A stretch of DNA of 63,968 nt, the filler included, from a bacterium (GTDB taxonomy: Bacteria > JBDRGX01), in assembly GCA_043817485.1 (NCBI GenBank). It is 6 parts of 6 records of this genome, joined end to end, with 100 filler letters (N's around TTAATTAATTAA, not from the genome) between each part and the next. Parts side by side here need not be neighbours in the genome. Positions count along the whole stretch, not along the records: positions 43,961 to 52,241 come from JBDRGX010000062.1; positions 52,342 to 55,025 come from JBDRGX010000063.1; positions 55,126 to 63,968 come from JBDRGX010000064.1; 3 more parts are not named here. The stretch is one strand, 5' to 3'. The notes below the pieces were generated by a model that saw only the letters and a program-made list of their open reading frames with translations, had not been told where the DNA came from and searched no databases. The translations under genes were made by a program, and so were the position numbers. Shown here in pieces: positions 49,927 to 60,044 of the stretch (positions are counted from its first letter, which is position 1; each line of letters begins with the position of its first letter).

Positions 49927-50532
49927 TTACCAAGAAAAACTTTTTTTACTAATTAACTTCTTAATTTTTTTATCACCTATCCAAACTTTTTCATTTTTTT
50001 GTATATCAATAAGTTCTAAATCTATTTGGTAAAAAACTATTTTTTTTCTATCTAATTCATCTTCAATTGTTTTTATGCTTCCTTTAAGCATAAAATCTGC
50101 TCCAGTTTCTTGAGCTATTTTTTTCATAGTTTCAAGAGAAGCATTTGCTTGTTGCTCTTGTCTTTCTTCTCTTACTTCTGTTCTTTCTGTTTTAGAAGCA
50201 ACAAATTTTACTTTTCCAGAATTTATAAGTTCTTTTTCTATATCTTTTACAAAAGTTTCAACATTAATATGTTCACTACTTAAATTGCGAATAGTTCCTA
50301 CAATTACTACTGGTTTTTTTGAATATTTTGTTTCAAAAACAGGCAACCACTCTCTTATAAGTACATCTTTTATCATTTCAGAAGACACTAATTTAGAATC
50401 TGTATCATTCCATCTACCACTTAAATCAATCGTACTTTCTGAGTCTATTCTTTTTACAGTACGAGAAGGTCCTAAACAAGAGGTTGCAATAAAGCAAATT
50501 CCCATAAGTCCAATAATAAATAATTTTTTCAT
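49927..50532 (-). CDS. LpoB-family lipoprotein
   Basis: ATSC lipobox; DLSGRWNDTD, GADFML, VWIGDKKIKK. Confidence 0.8.
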   Translation of the reverse strand: MKKLFIIGLMGICFIATSCLGPSRTVKRIDSESTIDLSGRWNDTDSKLVSSEMIKDVLIREWLPVFETKYSKKPVVIVGTIRNLSSEHINVETFVKDIEKELINSGKVKFVASKTERTEVREERQEQQANASLETMKKIAQETGADFMLKGSIKTIEDELDRKKIVFYQIDLELIDIQKNEKVWIGDKKIKKLISKKSFSW

Positions 50533-50596
50533 TTGTTTTTTACTCCTTTTTTTTAAAAAAATCTTTTTAAAAATATAATTTTTTACTCTATGAATT

Positions 50597-52078
50597 TTAT
50601 TTTTCTTTTGTTTCTAAAACAATAAATAAAGTACTTTTTTGTCTTTCAATAAAAAATAAAACATTTTCTCCTTTTTTAATTTTTTCTATGGCTTCTTTAT
50701 AATCAGCAAGATTTGTTATTTCTGTATCTTCTATTTTTCTAATAATATCTTGTCTTAAAAAACCTGATTTTTCTGAAAAACTATTTTGAGATACACTTGA
50801 AATAATAACACCTTTTGTGTTTTTAATATCAAATTTTTCTGCTAATTCTTTTGTTATTTCTTGTACTTCTAAACCAAACATTTCTTTTACTTCTACATCA
50901 GAAGGATGTGCTTGTTTTCCAATTTTATGAAAATTTTTAGGCATTTTAGCAATTTTACAAATTAAAACTATTTTTTTTCCTTTTCTTAAAATTCCTAATT
51001 TTACTTCTTTATCAATTTTAGTTTTTGCTACAAAAAATTGAAGTTGTTTTCCATCTTTTACTGGTTGATTATCATATTCAATAAGAATATCACCTACTTT
51101 AATACCAGCTTTTTCTGCTGGATATCCTTCAAAAACATCACTTACTATAACACCATCAGCTTTTTCATCTATGCCAAATTTAGAAGCTAATTCTGAAGTA
51201 ATTGTTTGTAAAGTAATACCTAAACATCCTCTTGTAACTTCTCCATGTTCTATTAAATCATCTAATATATCTTTAGCTTCATTTATAGGAATAGCAAATC
51301 CTAATCCTATAGAACTACCAGTAGGAGAAGTAATAGCTGTATTTATTCCAATTACTTCTCCTGCAAGATTTAATAAAGGACCACCACTATTCCCTGGATT
51401 AATAGAAGCATCTGTTTGAATAAAATTATCATAAGGACCTGATCCAATTACTCTACCAGTAGCACTAATAATTCCCGCTGTTACTGTTTTTTCTAATCCA
51501 AAAGGATTTCCAATAGCTAAAACCCATTGTCCTACCTGTATTTTATCTGAATCTCCTAATTTTACTACTGGAAATTTTTTTCCTTCTTTGTTTTTTATTT
51601 TAATTACTGCTAAATCTGTTTCTTTATCTTTTCCCATAATTTCAGCATCATATTTTTCTTTATCAGAAAGAATAACTTTTATTTCATTAGCATTTGCAAT
51701 TACATGATAATTGGTTAAAATATATCCTTTTTCATTTATAATAACTCCAGAACCTAAACTATTTTCTTGATGTTCTTGTGGTTGTTGAGAATAAGGTCTT
51801 TCCCCAAAAAATTTTTTAAAAAAATCTTCAAATTCATCTTTATTTTGTTCTGGGAAAGAATTAAATTTATTTTCTTTAATTATTTTAACAGCACTAATAT
51901 TTACCACACTTGGTTTTATTTTACTTGCAATTTCTATAAAATCATTTTCTAATGATTTTGCAGCACTTATAGTTGTTTTTTCATCTTTTGTTTGATCTAT
52001 TGCATATATATTTTTTAAGAAAATAAATGTTCCCAAAAAAAGTATACATAAAAAAACAAAAATACTATATTTTTTCAT
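50597..52078 (-). CDS. degP: DegP/HtrA serine protease with two PDZ domains
   Basis: LTNYHV, TDLAV, QTDASINPGNSGGPL. Confidence 0.93.
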   Translation of the reverse strand: MKKYSIFVFLCILFLGTFIFLKNIYAIDQTKDEKTTISAAKSLENDFIEIASKIKPSVVNISAVKIIKENKFNSFPEQNKDEFEDFFKKFFGERPYSQQPQEHQENSLGSGVIINEKGYILTNYHVIANANEIKVILSDKEKYDAEIMGKDKETDLAVIKIKNKEGKKFPVVKLGDSDKIQVGQWVLAIGNPFGLEKTVTAGIISATGRVIGSGPYDNFIQTDASINPGNSGGPLLNLAGEVIGINTAITSPTGSSIGLGFAIPINEAKDILDDLIEHGEVTRGCLGITLQTITSELASKFGIDEKADGVIVSDVFEGYPAEKAGIKVGDILIEYDNQPVKDGKQLQFFVAKTKIDKEVKLGILRKGKKIVLICKIAKMPKNFHKIGKQAHPSDVEVKEMFGLEVQEITKELAEKFDIKNTKGVIISSVSQNSFSEKSGFLRQDIIRKIEDTEITNLADYKEAIEKIKKGENVLFFIERQKSTLFIVLETKEK

Positions 52079-52101
52079 TTTACCATCTCCCTTAAAATTA
52101 A

Positions 52102-52130
52102 CGTATTGTCAAAAGTATTTTGACAATACG
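52102..52130. promoter_or_regulatory. perfect 13-bp inverted repeat upstream of degP
   Basis: cgtattgtcaaaa-gta-ttttgacaatacg. Confidence 0.55.
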
Positions 52131-52241
52131 CTTTAAAATGCTTATTATTAGCAATTATTAAGATTTTATTTGCTTCTCCCCCCTTTTTTATACTATAAAT
52201 AAAAAAAAATAAAAAAAAAGGAGATGCAAATCAATGAATAA

Positions 52242-52341
52242 NNNNNNNNNNNNNNNNNNNNNNNNNNNNNNNNNNNNNNNNNNNNTTAATTAATTAANNN
52301 NNNNNNNNNNNNNNNNNNNNNNNNNNNNNNNNNNNNNNNNN
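52242..52341. other. artificial contig linker
   Basis: same 100-bp spacer. Confidence 0.97.
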
Positions 52342-52482
52342 AGTCTTTATATCAACTAATTTAAGTCTTTATATATACAATTGATAATTAATGGCAAAAC
52401 TATCCCATATATAGTATTTATTGCTAATATTGGCACAACATTGCATACTTCTCATGCCAAATTTCTATTGCGACACAGTCTC
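52342..52482. mobile_element. end of an IS/MITE-like element at a contig start
   Basis: ends CTATTGCGACACAGTCTC; inverted copy of 43720-43860. Confidence 0.8.
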
Positions 52483-52725
52483 ATGAATTGCCCTTTACAA
52501 CAACACGGATACAGCGTTTGCCTTTACTAATGGAACAAAAATTGAAAATGTAAAATGAAAAATTATTGATTTTGACAATTCATTTTCAATTTAGAATTTT
52601 CAATTTTTTCATTGTTTCGAATTTCGATATAGCATTGTAGGGACAAAGTGGCTTGTCCCTGTCCGTTATTGGAGAATTACGAACTTTAAAAAATAACAAG
52701 TACAGAAATCTGGGATGAAAATAAA

Positions 52726-53874
52726 ATGATAAAATATCATGAATTTTGGTTTAATAAAAAAGAAGAAAAAGAAATTATTGATGTTTTTCGTTCTGGATGG
52801 CTTACCACAGGACTAAAAACAAAAAAATTTGAAAAAGATTTTCAAAAATATACAAAATCTAAATTTGCTATTGGATTAAATTCTTGTACATCAGCTTTAC
52901 ATCTTTCTTTAGTTGCTTTAGGTATTAAAAAAAATGATGAAGTAATTACTTCAGACATAACTTTTCCAGCTACAGCAAATGTTATTGTCCATTGTGGAGC
53001 TAAACCAGTTTTTATTGATGTAAGAAATGATAATTTGAATTTAGATGAAAATAAAATAGAACAAGCAATTACTTCTAAAACTAAAGCTATTATTCCAGTT
53101 CATTTTGCTGGACATCCTTGTGAAATGGATAAAATTAAAGAAATTGCTGAAAAATATAATTTAAAAATTATTGAAGATGCAGCACATTCTATTGAATCTA
53201 TTTATAAAAATAAAAAAATTGGGTCTATAAGCGATACCACTTGTTTTAGTTTTTATGCTACAAAAAATATTACTACAGGAGAGGGTGGGATGATTACGAC
53301 TGATAATTCAGAATTAGAACAAAAAATTAGAATTCTTTCTTCACATGGTTTATCTAAAAATGCATGGGAAAGATATTCTAATAATGGTTATAAATTTTAT
53401 GATTTGTTATATCCGGGATATAAATATAATATGTCAGATATTCAAGCAGCTTTAGGAATTCAACAATTAAAAAAAATTGAAAATTTTTGGCAAAAAAGAA
53501 AAAAGTTTGCAGAAATTTATGATGAAATTTTTAAAGATACAGAAGAAATAAAAGTTTTAAAAGTTTCTTCAAATGTTAAAACAAGTTATCATCTTTATGT
53601 AATTATTGTAAAAATAGAAAATTTAACAGTAAATAGAGATTTTTTAATAAATGCTATTCAAAAAAAAGGAATTGGCGTAGCTATTCATTTTCCACCTTTG
53701 CATCTTCAATTATATTATCAGCAAAATTATAAATTCAATAAAGAAAATTTAAAAAATGCTGAATATTTTGGAGATAGACTTATTTCTCTTCCTCTTTATC
53801 CAAAAATGAAGAAACAAGATGTCATAAAAGTTGGAGAAATTGTTAAAAAAACAATTGAAAAATATAAAAAATGA
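52726..53874 (+). CDS. DegT/DnrJ/EryC1/StrS sugar aminotransferase
   Basis: NSCTSALH, PVHFAG, IEDAAH, SFYATKNITTGEGG. Confidence 0.93.
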   Translation: MIKYHEFWFNKKEEKEIIDVFRSGWLTTGLKTKKFEKDFQKYTKSKFAIGLNSCTSALHLSLVALGIKKNDEVITSDITFPATANVIVHCGAKPVFIDVRNDNLNLDENKIEQAITSKTKAIIPVHFAGHPCEMDKIKEIAEKYNLKIIEDAAHSIESIYKNKKIGSISDTTCFSFYATKNITTGEGGMITTDNSELEQKIRILSSHGLSKNAWERYSNNGYKFYDLLYPGYKYNMSDIQAALGIQQLKKIENFWQKRKKFAEIYDEIFKDTEEIKVLKVSSNVKTSYHLYVIIVKIENLTVNRDFLINAIQKKGIGVAIHFPPLHLQLYYQQNYKFNKENLKNAEYFGDRLISLPLYPKMKKQDVIKVGEIVKKTIEKYKK

Positions 53875-54620
53875 ATATATTAGATTTTTATAAATTTATA
53901 ATAAAACAAAAAAAAGCATATTTACGATATGGAATGGATTTTTGTAAATATCATGAATATAAAAATATTTTAAAAAATATTTTTTTAAAAAATGGAGATG
54001 TATTATTAGATATTGGTTGTAGTGATTCTTATTTTCCATGGTATTTATCTTCTAAAAATGACATTATTATTTATCTTGCTGATCTAAATGAAAAAGTATT
54101 AATAGAGCAGAAAAAAAATTTTCAAAAAATGCCTTTTGCTAATTCAAAAATAAAAATTCTTCAAGAAGATATTACACAATTAGCAAATAAATCTAATTGT
54201 TTTGATTTGGTTTTTGCTATTCAAATTTTTTCTCTTTTACCTTCTGATATGGATATACAAGCAATTAAAGAAATTTATAGAGTTCTTAAAAAAAATGGAC
54301 AAGCAATTATTTCAATTTCATATAATGTAAATTATTCTGATTATGAAAATTCTTCAAATGATAATTATTGGAATTTAAAACATAGAATTTATAATTTAGA
54401 TGCAATAAAAACAAGATTAATAGAATCAACTGGGTTTAAAATAAAAAAAAATATTTTTTTTGGGGATAATACAATTTCAAAACTTAGTAATTTTTGGTAT
54501 TTTAAAGTTCCTAAAAAATATTTCGGATGGATTCAACCTATTTTTTCTGAATTTTGTGAAAAAATAGATAAAAAAACAAGCAAAGAAGCTGGAAATTTAA
54601 TATTATTTTTGGAAAAATAA
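53871..54620 (+). CDS. class I SAM-dependent methyltransferase
   Basis: LLDIGCS, FDLV, EIYRVLKKNG. Confidence 0.8.
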   Translation: MNILDFYKFIIKQKKAYLRYGMDFCKYHEYKNILKNIFLKNGDVLLDIGCSDSYFPWYLSSKNDIIIYLADLNEKVLIEQKKNFQKMPFANSKIKILQEDITQLANKSNCFDLVFAIQIFSLLPSDMDIQAIKEIYRVLKKNGQAIISISYNVNYSDYENSSNDNYWNLKHRIYNLDAIKTRLIESTGFKIKKNIFFGDNTISKLSNFWYFKVPKKYFGWIQPIFSEFCEKIDKKTSKEAGNLILFLEK

Positions 54621-54622
54621 AA

Positions 54623-55025
54623 ATGATTTTTATTAGTATTTTTAAATCAAAAAAAAATTGGCATTCTATTTTTCATAGAAAAGATTTTTTAGGATTTTTA
54701 AAATTTCTAAAACAACAAAAATTTTCTTATAAAATTATTGAAAATTTAGAAGATTTAAAAGAAAAACCAGTTTTTTTTATTCTTCCAAGTGTTCAATTAT
54801 TAAATGAACAAGAAATTTTTGCTATTAATAACTATCTTGCTTCTGGTGTTAATATCATATCCACTTTTTATAGTTCTTTAGAAAAAGAGTTTCAATTAGA
54901 AGAAATAATTGGTTGTTCTTTTAAACGGAAAATAAAGGGCTTATGTAATTTACAATTAGATAAAAATTCTTCTATTTTGAAATTATCTAATTATGCATGC
55001 TATGATAAAAATGGAAAAGTTGTTT
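54623..55025 (+). CDS. hypothetical protein, partial
   Basis: open frame runs into the linker. Confidence 0.5.
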
Positions 55026-55125
55026 NNNNNNNNNNNNNNNNNNNNNNNNNNNNNNNNNNNNNNNNNNNNTTAATTAATTAANNNNNNNNNNNNNNNNNNN
55101 NNNNNNNNNNNNNNNNNNNNNNNNN
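55026..55125. other. artificial contig linker
   Basis: same 100-bp spacer. Confidence 0.97.
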
Positions 55126-55127
55126 GA

Positions 55128-55340
55128 ACTACTGCCTCAATTGCCAAGAGGCTTAAACGAAATTTCATAACGATAGAAATCTCAAAGGAATATCATGAGG
55201 TTATACTAAAAAGATTGGATGGTAAGATATCGGAGATAAAAAGGAATAAAAAGGTTGAATCGGAAAAGCAGGAAATACTGTTTGATTTAGTTAATTTGAA
55301 TAATATTCATAAAACTTATAATATAATCAAGAAAAAATAA
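55128..55340 (+). CDS. C-terminal part of an N4/N6 DNA methyltransferase (absent from the ORF track)
   Basis: TTASIAKRLKRNFITIEISKEY matches the region after FxGSG in beta-class MTases. Confidence 0.65.
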   Translation, partial: TTASIAKRLKRNFITIEISKEYHEVILKRLDGKISEIKRNKKVESEKQEILFDLVNLNNIHKTYNIIKKK

Positions 55341-55525
55341 AGGTAAAAAATGATTAATAGTTTGTTGATACTTTTTTATTTTAATAACATTTTTTTGTAA
55401 TTATTCAGTAGTAAGAATACAGAAATTAGAATGAAAAAATCTGCATTTATTTGGTATTCTAAATACATAAGTAGTTTTTTTCAAAAAATGCAATTGAATA
55501 AAAAGCATTTTTATAGGAGAGTCTT

Positions 55526-57682
55526 TTGTTTATTTATGAAAATATATTAGAAAAATTAAATACTGCACAACAAGAAGCAGTCATTCATATAGACGGACCT
55601 TTATTAGTGGTAGCTGGTGCTGGTAGTGGAAAAACAAGGATTTTAATTTATCGTATTGCACATCTTATTCAACAAGGAATAAATCCCGAAAATATTTTGG
55701 CTGTTACTTTTACAAAAAAAGCAGCTTTAGAAATGAAAGAAAGAGTTTGGAAATTAGGAATAAAAAATAATAATTTATTTATTGGAACTTTTCATTCTTT
55801 TTGTGCTCGAATTTTAAGAAAAGAATATGAAAAATTAAATATTAATAAAGATTTTACTATTTTTGATGATCAAGATCAACTTAAACTTATTAAAAAAATT
55901 TTTGAAGAATTAAAAATAACTTTATTTACTCCTCAACAAGTAATTTCTGCAATAAATTGGGAAAAAAATCAATTAATTACATTTGAAAAAATGCTTCAAG
56001 AACCATCCTTATGGCGTAAAGAAATAGGAAAAATTTACCAAAAATATCAAGAAAGTCTTGAATTAAATAATGCTTTAGATTTTGGTGATTTAATTATGAA
56101 AACAGTAGAACTTTTTAAAAAAAATCCAGATATATTAACACATTATCAAGAAATATATAAATACATTCTTGTAGACGAATATCAAGATACAAATATATCT
56201 CAATACTATCTTATTAAATTATTAGGTGAAAAATATAAAAATGTTTGTGTAGTTGGAGATCCAGATCAATCTATTTATGCATGGAGAGGTGCTAATATTG
56301 GAAATATTTTAAATTTTGAATCTAATTATCAAAATACAAAAATAATTAAAATGGAACAAAATTATCGTTCTACTTATTCTATTTTACAAGCATCTAATAG
56401 TTTAATTAAAAATAATTTAAGTAGATATGAAAAAAATCTTTGGACAAATAATAATAATGGAGAACAAGTAAAATATATATTAGCAGAAAATCAAGATGCA
56501 GAAGTAAATTTTATTATTGATGAAATAAAAAATCTTCAAAAACAAGGATTTGCTTTAAAAGATATAGTTTTATTTTATCGAATACATGCTTTATCCAGAA
56601 TTTTAGAAAATGGGTTTAGAAGAGAAAATCTTCCTTATACTATTGTTGGCGGTGTAAGTTTTTATCAAAGAAAAGAAATAAAAGATATTTTGGCATATTT
56701 AAAAGTAATTATAAATCCCAAAGATGAAATAAATTTAAGACGAATAATTAATTTTCCAACAAGAGGAATTGGAGATGAAAGTTTGAAAAAAATAGAAAAT
56801 TATAGTAAAACAAAAGCAATTACTTTGTTTGAAGGATTAAAAGAAATTAATTTAGTAGAAGATATTTCATTGAAAACAAAAGAATCTATTTGTAATTTTG
56901 TTGATTTAATAAAAGAATGTCAAGAATTAAAAAAATCTAATGAAGTAAAAAAAATAATTGAACAAATTTTAAATGAAACTGGTTATTGGGAAATGTTATT
57001 AAAAGAAAATACAGAAGAATCTTTTCAAAAAAGAGAAAATTTAAAAGAATTAATATCATCTGCTTATGAATTTGAAAAAAAATCTCCAGAGCCAAATTTA
57101 TCTATTTATTTAGAAGAAATTTCTCTTTCTGCAGATATTGATATGTGGAAAGAAGAAAAAAATACTGTAACTTTTATGACACTTCATAATGCTAAAGGAT
57201 TAGAGTTTAAAATTTGTTTTATGATTGGATTAGAAGAAGAAATTTTTCCTCATTTTCTTAGTTTAGAATCTCAACAAGAAATAGAAGAAGAAAGAAGACT
57301 TTGTTATGTTGGTATGACACGAGCAAAAGAAAAATTATATCTTTCTGCTGCTAAAGAAAGAATAGTTTGGGGAAAAAGAAAAAATAATTCTGTTTCTCGT
57401 TTTATAAGAGAAATAGATGAAGACTTTCTTGAAAAAAAAGAAGCAATACATTATTCGTATGTTTCTTCAAATGCAAATATTTATAATTCAAAAAAAATAT
57501 ATGAAAATAATGCAAATAAAAATAATGAAAAACAATTTAATAAAGGACAAATGGTTTTTCATCCTTATTTAGGAAAAGGAGTTATTCAAGATAAAGAAGG
57601 AGATAAAGTAATCGTATTTTTCCCTCAATCAGGTAATACAAAAAAACTTTCTTTAATGTATGCAGATTTAAAAATATTGTAA
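55526..57682 (+). CDS. pcrA: UvrD/PcrA helicase
   Basis: AGAGSGKT, VDEYQDTN, GDPDQSIY, QNYRS, EEERRLCYVGMTRA. Confidence 0.95.
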   Translation: MFIYENILEKLNTAQQEAVIHIDGPLLVVAGAGSGKTRILIYRIAHLIQQGINPENILAVTFTKKAALEMKERVWKLGIKNNNLFIGTFHSFCARILRKEYEKLNINKDFTIFDDQDQLKLIKKIFEELKITLFTPQQVISAINWEKNQLITFEKMLQEPSLWRKEIGKIYQKYQESLELNNALDFGDLIMKTVELFKKNPDILTHYQEIYKYILVDEYQDTNISQYYLIKLLGEKYKNVCVVGDPDQSIYAWRGANIGNILNFESNYQNTKIIKMEQNYRSTYSILQASNSLIKNNLSRYEKNLWTNNNNGEQVKYILAENQDAEVNFIIDEIKNLQKQGFALKDIVLFYRIHALSRILENGFRRENLPYTIVGGVSFYQRKEIKDILAYLKVIINPKDEINLRRIINFPTRGIGDESLKKIENYSKTKAITLFEGLKEINLVEDISLKTKESICNFVDLIKECQELKKSNEVKKIIEQILNETGYWEMLLKENTEESFQKRENLKELISSAYEFEKKSPEPNLSIYLEEISLSADIDMWKEEKNTVTFMTLHNAKGLEFKICFMIGLEEEIFPHFLSLESQQEIEEERRLCYVGMTRAKEKLYLSAAKERIVWGKRKNNSVSRFIREIDEDFLEKKEAIHYSYVSSNANIYNSKKIYENNANKNNEKQFNKGQMVFHPYLGKGVIQDKEGDKVIVFFPQSGNTKKLSLMYADLKIL

Positions 57683-57939
57683 AAATAAAATAATTTTATG
57701 GACAATTTAATAAAAAAATTAAATATTATGCTTTATATTATATTAATTTGTAATAAAATGTAGAATACAAGAGCCAGAATTCAAATATAAGTATTCTTAT
57801 TTTGATTTTTGTATTCTTGTTTTTAACTTGAATATATTTTTTTGATAACAAATTAGTGTTAAATATATAATGACAGATTGTAATAGTAAAATAAAAAAAA
57901 TTACAAAAAACTTAAAACTTATTTTAAAAGGAGGAATTT

Positions 57940-60039
57940 GTGTCTTTAAAAAATTTTTTTGAACCAAATTCAATAGCTATAGTTGGGGCTTCTAATACAC
58001 CAGAAAAAGTTGGTTATGAAATTTTGAAGAATTTAATTAAAAATGGTTTTACAGGGCATATTTATCCTATTAATCCTAAAGCAGATGAAATTCTTAATTT
58101 AAAATGTTATTCTTCTTTATTGCAAATAGAAAATAAAATTGATTTAGTTGTAATTATTGTTCCTAATGTAAAAGTTGCTTCAGTTTTAGAAGAATGTGGA
58201 CAGAAAAAAATAAATAGTGTTATTATTATTTCTGCTGGGTTTAAAGAAAGTAGTTGTCAAGGTGCAGAATTAGAAAAGCAAATTGGAAAAATTGCTGAAA
58301 AGCATAATATAAAAATAGTAGGACCTAATTGTTTAGGATTAATTAATCCGTATCATAATTTAGATGCTTCTTTTAGTGCAAATGTTACTTTTAAAGGGAA
58401 AATTGCTTTTATGTCTCAATCTGGTGCTCTTTGTACAGCCATATTAGATATTGCAGAAGAAAAAAAAATAGGATTTTCTAAATTTGTTAGTTTAGGAAAT
58501 AAATTAAATCTTGATGAAGTAGATTTTTTAAAAGATTGGACAGAAGATTCTCAAACAGATGTAATTCTTTGTTATTTAGAAGGAATTAAAAGAGGAAATG
58601 AATTTATTAAAGAAGTTACAAAAACTTCTTTAACAAAACCAGTTATTATTGTTAAATCTGGAACAACTTCTTCGGGTGCTAAAGCAGCTTCTTCTCATAC
58701 TGGAACTTTAACTGGATCAGATCAAGTTTATGAAGCAGTTTTTAAACAATGTGGTATTATTAGAGCTAATTCTTTTGATGAACTTTTTGATTATGCTTTG
58801 GGCTTTGATATGCAAAATATTCCCGATGGAAAACGAGTAGCAATTATTACCAATGCTGGTGGTCCTGGAATTATGGCTACTGATGCTTGTGAAAAAGCCG
58901 GTTTAAAAATTACTTCTTTTAATAAAGAAACTATTTCAATTTTGCAAAAACATTTACCTCCAGCAGCCAATTTTTACAATCCAGTAGATGTATTAGGAGA
59001 TGCAAAAAGTAATTTATATCAAATTGCTATTAAAACTGTTTTAAACGATTCTAATGTTGATCTTTTACTTGTTTTACTTACTCCTCAAGCAATGACTGAT
59101 ATTGAAGAAATAGCTAAAACAATTGTAGAAATAAGTAATACTTTTTCTAAGCCAATATTTACTTGTTTTATGGGTGGTAAAAGAGTAAAACCAGCTCTTG
59201 AAATTCTTCAAAAAGGCGGTATTCCTAATTATAGTGCTCCAGAAAGAGCTGTAAAAGTAATAGTTGCAATGGATAATTATAAAAATTGGATTGATAAAAC
59301 AAAATCTCATCAAACTTCTATTCCATCATTTTCTGTTAATAAAGAAAAAATTTCACAACTTTTTGCTAAAAAAAGAAAAGAAGGAATTTTAAATATAGGG
59401 GAAGTAGAAGCAAAAGAAGTTTTTAGTGCTTATAATATTCCTTTTCCTGTAAATAAACTTGCTTTAAATTCTGATGAAGCAATAGAAATGGCTAATTCTA
59501 TTGGTTATCCCGTAGTAATGAAAATAGTTTCTTCAAATATTCTTCATAAATCTGATATTGGAGGAGTAAAAGTTAATTTAAAAACACCCGAAGAAATAAA
59601 AAATGCCTTTGATGAAATGACTATTAGAACCAAAAGATTTATGCCTGAAGCAGAAATTTTAGGAGTAGATATTCAAGAATATATTGCTGATGGTAAAGAA
59701 ATTATTATTGGAATGACAAGAGATTCTCAATTTGGTCCTTTAATTATGTTTGGAATGGGAGGAATTTATGTAGAAATTTTAAAAGATATTTCTTTTAGAA
59801 TTGCTCCTTTAACAGAAAGAGATGCTATGGAAATGATTCAAGAAACTAAATCATATTTTCTTTTATCTGGTGCAAGAGGGCAAAAAGCAGTTAATATTCA
59901 ATCTATTGTTGATTGTCTATTAAAAGTATCTCAATTATCTTTAGATTTTCCAGAAATTTTGGAATTAGATATAAATCCTTTAAAAGTATCTGATAAACTT
60001 TATGCTTTAGATGCTCGATTAACTATACAAGGAGAATAA
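57940..60039 (+). CDS. acetate--CoA ligase (ADP-forming), fused alpha/beta
   Basis: IVGAS, GPNCLG, SQSGA, SHTG, NPVD, HKSDIGGV, LDINP. Confidence 0.92.
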   Translation: MSLKNFFEPNSIAIVGASNTPEKVGYEILKNLIKNGFTGHIYPINPKADEILNLKCYSSLLQIENKIDLVVIIVPNVKVASVLEECGQKKINSVIIISAGFKESSCQGAELEKQIGKIAEKHNIKIVGPNCLGLINPYHNLDASFSANVTFKGKIAFMSQSGALCTAILDIAEEKKIGFSKFVSLGNKLNLDEVDFLKDWTEDSQTDVILCYLEGIKRGNEFIKEVTKTSLTKPVIIVKSGTTSSGAKAASSHTGTLTGSDQVYEAVFKQCGIIRANSFDELFDYALGFDMQNIPDGKRVAIITNAGGPGIMATDACEKAGLKITSFNKETISILQKHLPPAANFYNPVDVLGDAKSNLYQIAIKTVLNDSNVDLLLVLLTPQAMTDIEEIAKTIVEISNTFSKPIFTCFMGGKRVKPALEILQKGGIPNYSAPERAVKVIVAMDNYKNWIDKTKSHQTSIPSFSVNKEKISQLFAKKRKEGILNIGEVEAKEVFSAYNIPFPVNKLALNSDEAIEMANSIGYPVVMKIVSSNILHKSDIGGVKVNLKTPEEIKNAFDEMTIRTKRFMPEAEILGVDIQEYIADGKEIIIGMTRDSQFGPLIMFGMGGIYVEILKDISFRIAPLTERDAMEMIQETKSYFLLSGARGQKAVNIQSIVDCLLKVSQLSLDFPEILELDINPLKVSDKLYALDARLTIQGE

Positions 60040-60044
60040 TAATA

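Noticed and set aside
22239-55125. Five recurring N-TTAATTAATTAA-N blocks
   Set aside because: Identical 100-bp six-frame-stop spacers added when contigs were concatenated; not biological.
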